64,000 nucleotides of DNA from Thermoanaerobaculia bacterium (GTDB lineage: Bacteria; Acidobacteriota; Thermoanaerobaculia; Multivoradales; Multivoraceae), in the NCBI GenBank assembly GCA_963666565.1, contig OY762911.1, forward strand, positions 832,001 to 896,000. Reading direction: 5' to 3'. How positions within the stretch are numbered: the first letter of the stretch is position 1; every line of letters starts with the position of its first letter. This document shows positions 53,639 through 64,000 of this stretch, piece after piece. The notes under the pieces are model-generated. The model was not told the DNA's origin. It did no database searches and worked only from the letters and a program-made list of their open reading frames with translations. The position numbers and the translations under genes are program-made.

Positions 53639-56260
53639 CTAGTTGACTGGCTCCGCCTCGGCCGCTTCGGCGTCACCGTCCTCTTCTTCCTCGCCGCGAT
53701 CCGGGATGCGAGCCAGGGCGACGATGCGGTCGCCCTCGTCGAGGTCCATCACCTTGACGCCCTGCGTGGCGCGGCCGATCAACGACACGCTGCCGGCCCC
53801 GATGCGGATGATCTTGCCCTGGTGGGTGATCAGCATGAGGCCCGTGTCCTCGCTCACCTCGCGGACGCCGACCACGTCGCCGGTGCGATCGGACACCTTC
53901 AGATTGATGATGCCGAGGCCGCCCCGCGACTGCAGGCGGTACTCGTCGATCGCGGTGCGCTTGCCGAAGCCGTTCTCGCTCACCGTCAGGAGCGTCGTCT
54001 CCGGCGGTCCCGGTTCCGTCCGGGCGCTCGACGGGCGTTCGGACCGGTTCGCCACTGGCGCGGGTTCGCCCGGCCCGGGTTCCGCGGACTCGTCTCGCGG
54101 CAGCAGGCACTCCGCCGACACGACCCGGTCGCCGGGGCGCAGGCCGATCCCGCGCACGCCCCGGGTGGCGCGGCCGAGGGACCTCAGGTCGCTCTCCCGG
54201 AAGCGGATCGCGTTGCCCTTCCGCGTGGCCAGCACGAGTTCGCTGCCGCTGTCCGTCGCCTTGACGGCCAGCAGGCGGTCGCCCTCGTCGATCCGCAGCG
54301 CGATGATGCCGCTGGGGCGCGGCCGCGAGTACTCGGAGAGCGCGGTCTTCTTCACCACGCCGGCTTCGGTCGCGAAGGTCAGGAAGCGGTCCTCGGGAAA
54401 CTCGCGGACGGAGGCCGTGGCGGCGACCGTCTCGCCGCTGTCGAGGCGCAGCAGGTTGACGATCGCCTTGCCGCGCGCCGCCGGACCGAGCTGCGGGATC
54501 TGGTGCACCTTGAGCCAGTAGCAGTGGCCCCGATCGGTGAAGACCATGATGTAGCTGTGGGCGGACGCGACGTAGAGCTGCTCCACGAAGTCGCCGTCGC
54601 GAGTGCTCATGCCGGTCCGGCCCTTGCCGCCGCGGTGCTGCGCGCGGTAGAGGCTGAGCGGCGACCGCTTGATGTAGCCGGACCGGGTGACCGTGATCAC
54701 CATGTCCTCGTCGGCGATCATGTCCTCGATCGTGATGTCCGAGGAATGGGCCACGATCTCGGTGCGCCGCGGATCGCTGTAGCGCTTCTCGATCGCGTCG
54801 AGCTCCGAGCGGATCTCCCGCAGCAGCAACGCGTCGGACCCGAGAATCGCGCGCAGCCGTTCGATCTCGGCCATCAGTTCCCGGTGCTCCTGCTCGATCT
54901 TCTCGCGCTCGAGGCCGGTCAGCCGCTGCAGGCGCATGTCGAGGATCGCCTGGGCCTGGGGCTCGCTCAGGGAGAAGCCCTCGACCAGGCGCTCCTTCGC
55001 TTCCGGCGGCGTGCGGCTGGCGCGGATCGTGGCGATCACCGCGTCCAGGTGGTCCAGCGCGACGAGGAGTCCCTCCAGGATGTGGGCGCGCCGCTCGGCG
55101 CGGGCCAGGTCGTGGCGGCAGCGCCGGATGACGACGGTGCGCCGGTGGTCCAGGAAGTGGCGCAGCAGGTCGCGCAGGGTCAGCACCTGCGGCTGGCTGT
55201 CGACGATCGCCAGCATGTTCATGCCGTAGCTGACCTGCAGCTTGCTCATCTTGTAGAGGGTGTTCAGGACGACCTCCGCCACCTCGCCCCGCTTCAGGTC
55301 GATCACGATCCGGATGCCGTCGCGGTCGGACTCGTCGCGCAGGTCGCGAATGCCCTCCAGCTTCTTCTCGCGCACGAGTTCCGCGATCCGCTCGATCAAC
55401 CGCGCCTTGTTCACCTGGAACGGGATCTCGGTCACGACGATCGACTGCCGGTCCTGGCCGACCTCCACGATCTCGGCGCGGGCGCGCACCTGGATCGAGC
55501 CGCGGCCGGTGGCGTAGGCGCTGCGGATGCCGGCGCGGCCGTGGATGAAGCCGCCGGTCGGGAAGTCCGGCCCGGGCAGCTCCTCCATCAGCTCGTCCAG
55601 GGTCGCCTGGGGACGGTCGATCAGGAGCTTGACGGCGGCCAGCGCCTCGCCCAGGTTGTGGGGCGGGATGTTCGTCGCCATGCCGACCGCGATGCCGGCC
55701 GAGCCGTTGACCAGCAGGTTCGGAATCCGGGCCGGCAGCGGCGAGGGCTCCTGCTCGGAACCGTCGTAGTTCGGCACCCACTCGACGGTGTCCTTGTCGA
55801 TGTCCTCGCGCAGCAGCTCCTCGGCGATCCGGGTCAGCCGGACCTCGGTGTAGCGCATCGCGGCCGGGTTGTCGCCGTCGATCGAGCCGAAGTTGCCCTG
55901 GCCGTCCACCAGGGGATAGCGCATGGAGAAGTCCTGCGCCATGCGCACCACCGTGTCGTAGATCGGCCCGTCGCCGTGCGGGTGGTACTTGCCCATCACG
56001 TCGCCGACGATGCGCGCCGACTTCTTGTAGGCGCGGCCGGCGGTGTTGCCCGCCTCCCACATGCCGTAGAGGACGCGCCGGTGAACCGGCTTGAGACCGT
56101 CCCGCACGTCGGGCAGGGCGCGGCCGATGATCACGCTCATCGCGTAATCGAGGTAGCTCCGGCGCATCTCGCGCTCGAGCTGCACCGGCACGGTGTCCCG
56201 GCCCGGCGACGGAGGCTCGGGCGGCCCAGGCGGCCGGGTGGGATCTTCGCCGTTGCTCAC
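53639..56260 (-). CDS. gyrA: DNA gyrase subunit A
   Basis: [22 protein letters not shown], GyrA-box QHRGGKG. Confidence 0.96.
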   Translation of the reverse strand: MSNGEDPTRPPGPPEPPSPGRDTVPVQLEREMRRSYLDYAMSVIIGRALPDVRDGLKPVHRRVLYGMWEAGNTAGRAYKKSARIVGDVMGKYHPHGDGPIYDTVVRMAQDFSMRYPLVDGQGNFGSIDGDNPAAMRYTEVRLTRIAEELLREDIDKDTVEWVPNYDGSEQEPSPLPARIPNLLVNGSAGIAVGMATNIPPHNLGEALAAVKLLIDRPQATLDELMEELPGPDFPTGGFIHGRAGIRSAYATGRGSIQVRARAEIVEVGQDRQSIVVTEIPFQVNKARLIERIAELVREKKLEGIRDLRDESDRDGIRIVIDLKRGEVAEVVLNTLYKMSKLQVSYGMNMLAIVDSQPQVLTLRDLLRHFLDHRRTVVIRRCRHDLARAERRAHILEGLLVALDHLDAVIATIRASRTPPEAKERLVEGFSLSEPQAQAILDMRLQRLTGLEREKIEQEHRELMAEIERLRAILGSDALLLREIRSELDAIEKRYSDPRRTEIVAHSSDITIEDMIADEDMVITVTRSGYIKRSPLSLYRAQHRGGKGRTGMSTRDGDFVEQLYVASAHSYIMVFTDRGHCYWLKVHQIPQLGPAARGKAIVNLLRLDSGETVAATASVREFPEDRFLTFATEAGVVKKTALSEYSRPRPSGIIALRIDEGDRLLAVKATDSGSELVLATRKGNAIRFRESDLRSLGRATRGVRGIGLRPGDRVVSAECLLPRDESAEPGPGEPAPVANRSERPSSARTEPGPPETTLLTVSENGFGKRTAIDEYRLQSRGGLGIINLKVSDRTGDVVGVREVSEDTGLMLITHQGKIIRIGAGSVSLIGRATQGVKVMDLDEGDRIVALARIPDRGEEEEDGDAEAAEAEPVN

Positions 56261-56270
56261 GGTCGGCCCG

Positions 56271-58826
<2,556 letters not shown>

Positions 58827-58913
58827 CTATCTGAAAACAGGAGGTTTAGAAGAACGCCTCCGGCTTCCGCCCGCGGCGGGAGAACGCCAGGTCTTCGGCG
58901 GAGCTCCGGCGCC

Positions 58914-60026
58914 TCAGATCCGCATCGGCATGATCACGCACAGGTAGCGATGATCCTGCCCGCCGACCGGCTGCCCGAGGCACTGGCTGTTCTCGTCCTT
59001 GAGCGCGAATTCGACCTGATCCGTGTCCACCGCGGACAGGAAATCCCGCACGTAGGCGGGGTTCAGGCCGATGTCCAGCTTCTCCGCCTCGTAGTCGCAG
59101 GCGAGGTTCTCCTCCGCCTCGCCCAGGTCCGGATTCGACGACGACACCCGCAGCGATTGCGGCTCGAAACCGAGCCGGACCATGGGCGCCCGGTCGCCGG
59201 TCAGCAGGGAGACCCGGTGGACCACGTCGGAGAGCGCGTTGCGGTCGAAGGTGGCCTTGCGGTCGTTGTCCTTGGAGATGACCTTCTCGTAGTCCGGGAA
59301 GGTGCCCTCGAGGATGCGACAGGTGAGCTCGCGCCGGCCGATGACGAAGCCGAGGTGGTGCTCGCCGCGGCCGAACCGGATCGTCTCCTCGCTGTCGAAC
59401 CGCATCAGTTCGAGCAGCGCCTTGCGCGGCGCCAGAACGCCGTCCGCCTCGGCGACGCCGGGCATCTCGGCCTCGATCAGGGCCAGGCGATGGCCGTCCG
59501 TCGCCACCAGTTCGACCTTGCCGTCCTTCAGCTTCAGCAGGGCGCCGTTCAACTGGAACCGGGACTCTTCCGCCGAGACGGCGAAGATCACCTTGCCGAT
59601 CATCCGCTTGACGTCCGCGAACGGCGCCTCGAACGAGGAGGACGACGACTCCTGGTCGACAGTGGTCAGCGTCGGGAAGTCCTCGGCCGAGAGGCCGTTG
59701 ATGCGGAACTTCGACGACCCGGAGTCGATGTGGAGCGAGTTGGAGTCGCCGGTCGACAGTTCGATCGGCCCGTCGCCCAGGGCCCGGACGATCTCGAGGA
59801 ACTTGCGGGCCTGCACGGCCGTCGCGCCGGCTTCGCAACTGCCTTCCTCCGCGGCGCACCAGGAGGTGAGCGACACGTCCAGGTCGGTGGCGGCAAGCTC
59901 CAGGCGGTCGTCGCGGACGGTCAGGAGGAGATGGGAGAGGACCGGAATCGTCGATCTGCTCTCGACGATCCCCCGCATCGCCGCGAGTTCGGTCAGTAGT
60001 TCTCGTCGTTCAACTCGGGTCTTCAT
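58914..60026 (-). CDS. dnaN: DNA polymerase III beta clamp
   Basis: TIPVLS, ATDLD, ATDGHRL, GTFPDY, VIMPMR; AGGAGGAG RBS. Confidence 0.96.
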   Translation of the reverse strand: MKTRVERRELLTELAAMRGIVESRSTIPVLSHLLLTVRDDRLELAATDLDVSLTSWCAAEEGSCEAGATAVQARKFLEIVRALGDGPIELSTGDSNSLHIDSGSSKFRINGLSAEDFPTLTTVDQESSSSSFEAPFADVKRMIGKVIFAVSAEESRFQLNGALLKLKDGKVELVATDGHRLALIEAEMPGVAEADGVLAPRKALLELMRFDSEETIRFGRGEHHLGFVIGRRELTCRILEGTFPDYEKVISKDNDRKATFDRNALSDVVHRVSLLTGDRAPMVRLGFEPQSLRVSSSNPDLGEAEENLACDYEAEKLDIGLNPAYVRDFLSAVDTDQVEFALKDENSQCLGQPVGGQDHRYLCVIMPMRI

Positions 60027-60375
60027 CTATCTCCTCCTGGAAGAGAAATATACACCAACAGAACAGCCGTAGAAGGGGCCGGAAGGAAGCGCGGAAATCT
60101 GTCATAAATCCTTTACAATCAAACACTTGAGATAGCCGGTACGCGGTCGGCGGAGAGCGGACGGAGCGGCGGATGGATTGTGCATTCTGCGGACTTCGGG
60201 CGCCTGGCCGCGGCCGGCGGCGATTCTCTCCGCAGACCGGCCGAAACGGATGACCCGGAGATCCGCCGCCGCTTCGAGGATCCCTTCGCGGTTCATCCGC
60301 CGCAATTCCGCAGGCTCTGACGCGCGAGCGCGCCGGCCGGGTTCGTTTCCGGGCGCGGCGACGGCGGCTCTACGC
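60027..60375. other. Probable oriC (dnaA-dnaN intergenic region)
   Basis: Minus strand reads box-like ATTTCCGCG, then GGCCCC, TTC-TAC trio-like tract, AT-rich GTATATTT and the dnaN RBS; IHF consensus present; most genes to the left point away from it. Confidence 0.7.
60117..60129 (+). promoter_or_regulatory. IHF binding site
   Basis: AATCAAACACTTG matches WATCAANNNNTTR exactly, preceded by an AT-rich tract. Confidence 0.65.
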
Positions 60376-61725
60376 TCAGCCGCCGAGCTGGCGGGTGAAG
60401 CGCTCCAGTTGAGCGGCCAGGCGTTCGTCCTCCGAGCGCCGGCGCTCGATCTGCTCGACGGAGTACATGACGGTCGAGTGGTGCTTGCCGTTGAAGATCC
60501 TCCCGATCTCCGGATAGGAGACCTCGGTCAGGCGCTTGCAGAGGTACATGGCGATCTGCCGCGGATAGGTGATCTGCCGGGAGTTGCTCTTGCTCTTGAT
60601 CTCGCGGACCTTCAGGCCGTAGTGGTGGGCCACCGTCTTGACGATCTGCGCGGGGGCGATCGGGCGGTCGGTTTCCGGCAGCACGTCGCGCAGCGCTTCC
60701 TTGGCGAATTCGAGGTCGAGAGGCACGCCGGACAGCGAGGCGAAGGCGGTGACGCGGTTGAGCAGGCCCTCGAGTTCCCGCACGTTCGAGTGAACCTGCC
60801 GGGCGATGAACATGGCGACGTCGGTGTCCAGGTCCAGGCCCTTCAACTGTCGCGCCTTGCGCTGGAGGATGGCGACCTTGGTCTCCAGGTCGGGCGGCTG
60901 GATGTCGGCGAGGAGACCGGAGCCGAAGCGGCTGCGCAGACGCTCTTCGATGTCCGCGAGGTCGCGCGGCTGCGCGTCCGAGGTGACGATGATCTGCTTC
61001 TGCCGCGTGTAGAGCACGTTGAAGGTGTGGAAGAACTCCTCCTGGGACCGCTCCTTCCTGGCCAGGAACTGGATGTCGTCCATCAGCAGCACGTCGATCG
61101 TCCGGTAGCGCTCCCGGAAGGCGGGCATGCGCTCGAACCGGATGGAGGTGATCAGGTCGTTCACGAAGTCCTCGGCGGCCAGATAGACGACCCGGGTGCC
61201 GGGCGCCGCGCGCTTGAGGCGGTTCCCGATCGCGTGCAGGAGGTGAGTCTTGCCCAGGCCGACGCCACCGTAGAGGAAGAGCGGGTTGTACGCGATGCCG
61301 GGCTTCTCGGCCACGGCTTCGGAGGCGGCGCTGGCGAACCGGTTCGAGTTGCCGACGACGAAGGAGTTGAATCGGTACTGGGGGTTGAGCGAGCTGCTCG
61401 GCGCAACTTCCGGTTCCGGCGCGGAACGGCCGGCGCGCGGCCGTTGCCGCGACGCGGCGGGCGCTTCGGCCCGGGCGGCCCGCGACTCGCCGCTCCTGAA
61501 GAGGACCTGGTAGGTCGGCCCCTTGAGATCGGCGATCGCCCAGTCGACGATGGGCCGGAAGCCCTCCTCGAGCGCCTCGACGAAGCGCGGATTCGGCGCT
61601 TCGAGAACGATATGTTCGGCGTCTTCGGACGCCACCCTCAGGGGGTGGAACCAGGTGCGGAAGTCCTCGGCGGGGAGGTCCGCCCGCAACTGCCGGCGTA
61701 GAGTCGGCCAGACGGAGCTAGGCAC
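60376..61725 (-). CDS. dnaA: Chromosomal replication initiator DnaA
   Basis: FRTWF, LNPQYRF, YNPLFLYGGVGLGKTHLL, DDIQF, SNVRELEG, domain IV; GTG start at 61725 is uncertain. Confidence 0.95.
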   Translation of the reverse strand: MPSSVWPTLRRQLRADLPAEDFRTWFHPLRVASEDAEHIVLEAPNPRFVEALEEGFRPIVDWAIADLKGPTYQVLFRSGESRAARAEAPAASRQRPRAGRSAPEPEVAPSSSLNPQYRFNSFVVGNSNRFASAASEAVAEKPGIAYNPLFLYGGVGLGKTHLLHAIGNRLKRAAPGTRVVYLAAEDFVNDLITSIRFERMPAFRERYRTIDVLLMDDIQFLARKERSQEEFFHTFNVLYTRQKQIIVTSDAQPRDLADIEERLRSRFGSGLLADIQPPDLETKVAILQRKARQLKGLDLDTDVAMFIARQVHSNVRELEGLLNRVTAFASLSGVPLDLEFAKEALRDVLPETDRPIAPAQIVKTVAHHYGLKVREIKSKSNSRQITYPRQIAMYLCKRLTEVSYPEIGRIFNGKHHSTVMYSVEQIERRRSEDERLAAQLERFTRQLGG

Positions 61726-61928
61726 GATCCCCGTTCCCGATGGCGCCGAGAAGACCCATGGTCCAACCGAGCACGGCGAGATCCGTGCCCGTTCGCTCCG
61801 CTGTGCCCGCTTGTTCTGTTGCTGTTCCGAACCGTCCGAACCGACGCACCTGTCCCCCGCATCCCACGCGCACCACCACCCACTCTCCGGGCAGGGAACC
61901 ACACCCCCGCGGAGCTACGTTCCGCAGC

Positions 61929-61949
61929 TTTTCCGCACAATGTGGAAAA
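61929..61949. promoter_or_regulatory. Pair of DnaA-box-like sites upstream of dnaA
   Basis: TTTTCCGCA (61929-61937) and TGTGGAAAA (61941-61949, i.e. TTTTCCACA), head to head. Confidence 0.55.
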
Positions 61950-62153
61950 GCCTTGGAAGACCAGCGAAGAGACTCGGGGCAGACAGCACCGGCGGGCTGC
62001 CTGTTGGCCTCACGCCGGGTGGCCTCCGTTGCGCGAGAAGCGCAGGATAGCAGCGGGATCCGGCTTCAACAAGGGGCGTCCAGGCACTTTCTTCACGTTT
62101 TCTCGAAGGGGCGCGCGGCGCCGCCGGCCGCGCGGACGCCAAGGTCCTGACCT

Positions 62154-63308
62154 GTGTTGCAGTTAGCCGAACCGGAGGGGTTGCGGGGCCCGCTGCTGGC
62201 CTGGTTCGACCGCTGCCGGCGCGATCTCGCCTGGCGGCGATCCGAGGATCCGTACGAGATTCTGGTCGCCGAGATCATGCTCCAGCAGACCCGGAGCGAG
62301 GTCGTGGCGACCCGCTACGAGGACTTCCTGGCGCGGTTCCCCAGTCTGGCCGCGCTGGCGGCGGCGCCGGTGGAGTCGGTCGAGGCCGCGTGGTCGGGGC
62401 TCGGCTACTACCGTCGCGCCCGCAATCTCCACCGCGCGGCCGGGATCCTGGCTGAGCGGGGAGCGTTGCCAGGTAGCGCCGCGGAGTGGGCGGAACTGCC
62501 GGGAATCGGCGCCTACACCTCCGCGCTGCTCGCGAGCCGCTGCTGCGGGGAGGCGTCGCCGGTGCTCGACGGCAACGTCGAACGGGTACTGAGCCGGTTC
62601 CTGGCGTCCGCGGCGCCGCCGAAGCGCGCGGCGGCCAGGCGCGGCCTGTTGGCAACGGCGGCCCGGCTGCTGGACCCGGTCCGGCCGGGGGACTCGAACC
62701 AGGCGCTGATGGAACTCGGTTCCCTGGTCTGCCGGCGCGGCGCGCCGGATTGCGTTGCGTGTCCGCTCGCGGCGGGTTGCCGGGCGTTCCGGTCGCCCGG
62801 TCTCGATCCGTTGGCCTTTCCCGTTTCCGGGCCGCGGCGCGCCCGGGAGACCCGCCACTGCTTCACGGCCGTCGTCCGGCGCGGCGAGGGCGTGCTGCTT
62901 CATCGACGGCCGGGCGGCGCGGAGTGGCTGGCCGGCCGCTGGCACCTGCCGACGGTGGAGCTTGCGAACGGCGACGAATCGAGCCGAGCCGCGGAGTTGC
63001 TGGGCCGGGAGTTCGGCGGCGCCTGGGAGTGCGGCGCGCGAGAGGTCGTCGTGCGCCACGCCGTGACCTACAGGGACTTCGTGGTGCGCGCGGCGCTCGC
63101 CCGCTGGCGCCCGCCGCGGGGGGCCGGCGATGGCGGTCGCCGCGGGGGGTCGGCGGATCGCGGGGTCCTGGCGTGGTTCGGTCCCGAGGAGATCGCCGGG
63201 TTGCCGACCTCTTCCCTGCTGCGGAAGACCCTCGACCGGCTGGCCGCGGCCGGCGTCGGCGCCGGAAGGGCACGAACTCCCGGCCCACCCATACACTCCG
63301 GGCCATGA
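62154..63308 (+). CDS. mutY: A/G-specific adenine glycosylase
   Basis: EIMLQQT, WSGLGYYRRA, HhH LPGIGAYT, DGNVERV, Fe-S motif CRRGAPDCVACPLAAGC. Confidence 0.93.
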   Translation: MLQLAEPEGLRGPLLAWFDRCRRDLAWRRSEDPYEILVAEIMLQQTRSEVVATRYEDFLARFPSLAALAAAPVESVEAAWSGLGYYRRARNLHRAAGILAERGALPGSAAEWAELPGIGAYTSALLASRCCGEASPVLDGNVERVLSRFLASAAPPKRAAARRGLLATAARLLDPVRPGDSNQALMELGSLVCRRGAPDCVACPLAAGCRAFRSPGLDPLAFPVSGPRRARETRHCFTAVVRRGEGVLLHRRPGGAEWLAGRWHLPTVELANGDESSRAAELLGREFGGAWECGAREVVVRHAVTYRDFVVRAALARWRPPRGAGDGGRRGGSADRGVLAWFGPEEIAGLPTSSLLRKTLDRLAAAGVGAGRARTPGPPIHSGP

Positions 63309-64000
63309 CGACGACGGAGCGCCCGCCGAGGATCCCGTTCGTCGACCTGGCGGCGCAGTCGAGGCGGCTCCGGCCGGAGATCGACCGCCGGATCGGCGCG
63401 GTGCTCGACCACGGCCGCTACGTCATGGGGCCGGAGGTCGAGGAACTGGAGGCGGAGCTGGGCCGTTGGGGCGGAGGCGTGTCCGCGGTGGCGGTCTCGA
63501 GCGGCTCGGACGCCCTGCTGATCGCCCTGCTGGCTCTCGGCGTCGGCGCGGGCGGCAGCGGCCGGGAAGGTACGCGCGCCGCCGCCGCGCGGCAGCGCCG
63601 CGCCGAGCGCCGGCCGGACGCCGTGTTCGTGCCGGCCTTCACCTTCACGGCGACCGCCGAAGTCGTGCTGCTCGCGGGCGCCGTGCCGGTCTTCGTCGAC
63701 GTGCGCGAGGAGGACTTCCTGATCGACATGGAGTCGCTCGACCTCGAGTACGAACGCGTCCTGGCCGCGGGCGGCGCGACGCCGAAGGCCGTGATCCCGG
63801 TGGACCTGTTCGGCGTGCCGGTGGCCGAGGATCCGCTGGCGGAGTGGGCGGCCGCGAGGAACCTCGCGGTGATAGCGGACGCGGCCCAGAGTTTCGGCGC
63901 GCGCCTGGACGGGCGGCCGGTCGGCTCGCTGGCGGCGGTCACGACCACCAGCTTCTATCCCGCCAAGCCCCTCGGCTGCTACGGCGACGGCGGCGCGGTG
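63305..64000 (+). CDS. DegT/DnrJ/EryC1/StrS sugar aminotransferase (runs off the window)
   Basis: Manual translation: IPFVDL, GPEVEELE, SGSDAL, PAFTFTAT, DAAQSFGA, SFYPAKPLGCYGDGG. Confidence 0.92.
   Translation, partial: MTTTERPPRIPFVDLAAQSRRLRPEIDRRIGAVLDHGRYVMGPEVEELEAELGRWGGGVSAVAVSSGSDALLIALLALGVGAGGSGREGTRAAAARQRRAERRPDAVFVPAFTFTATAEVVLLAGAVPVFVDVREEDFLIDMESLDLEYERVLAAGGATPKAVIPVDLFGVPVAEDPLAEWAAARNLAVIADAAQSFGARLDGRPVGSLAAVTTTSFYPAKPLGCYGDGGAV

Overview
Very GC-rich bacterial chromosome segment around the probable replication origin. It is almost all housekeeping: partial tkt; an Rrf2-regulated suf operon (rrf2-sufBCDS-sufU-sufT plus a secreted DUF442-like protein); a Phd/VapC toxin-antitoxin pair; a steroid 5-alpha-reductase homolog; an AI-2E transporter; acs; pckA; rpsU-mutS2-dnaG-rpoD-tRNA-Asn; tRNA(CAT, probably Ile2)-zinc ribbon-yggS-fadD; mreBCD-mrdA-rodA-rng extended by a kinase/glycoside-hydrolase-like fusion, wzm, wzt and a DUF3467 gene; ppiD-ruvA-ruvB; thrA-asd-thrB-thrC; dnaA-dnaN-gyrB-gyrA-fsa-M20 peptidase-CYTH-nucleotidyltransferase; mutY; and a partial DegT aminotransferase. 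The DnaA helix 'GKHHSTV' and the gene orders suggest Acidobacteriota (inference). No transposase, integrase, cas gene or rRNA was seen. Three signals stand out. (1) A two-tier family of structured intergenic repeats: a 26-nt REP-like hairpin (about 13 copies, covarying stems) and a ~210-nt palindromic element (three close copies with a compensatory base change, one diverged relative). Two copies, 210/211 identical, bracket ruvB in inverted orientation, together with a polarised 6 x 39-nt array. (2) A Kdo/WaaP-type kinase fused to a GH-A-like domain that appears to lack the acid/base Glu, next to a Wzm/Wzt exporter. (3) An oriC with B. subtilis-like unwinding architecture, an IHF site and apparently variant DnaA boxes. 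All calls come from reading the sequence and ORF track by eye; no database searches were run.
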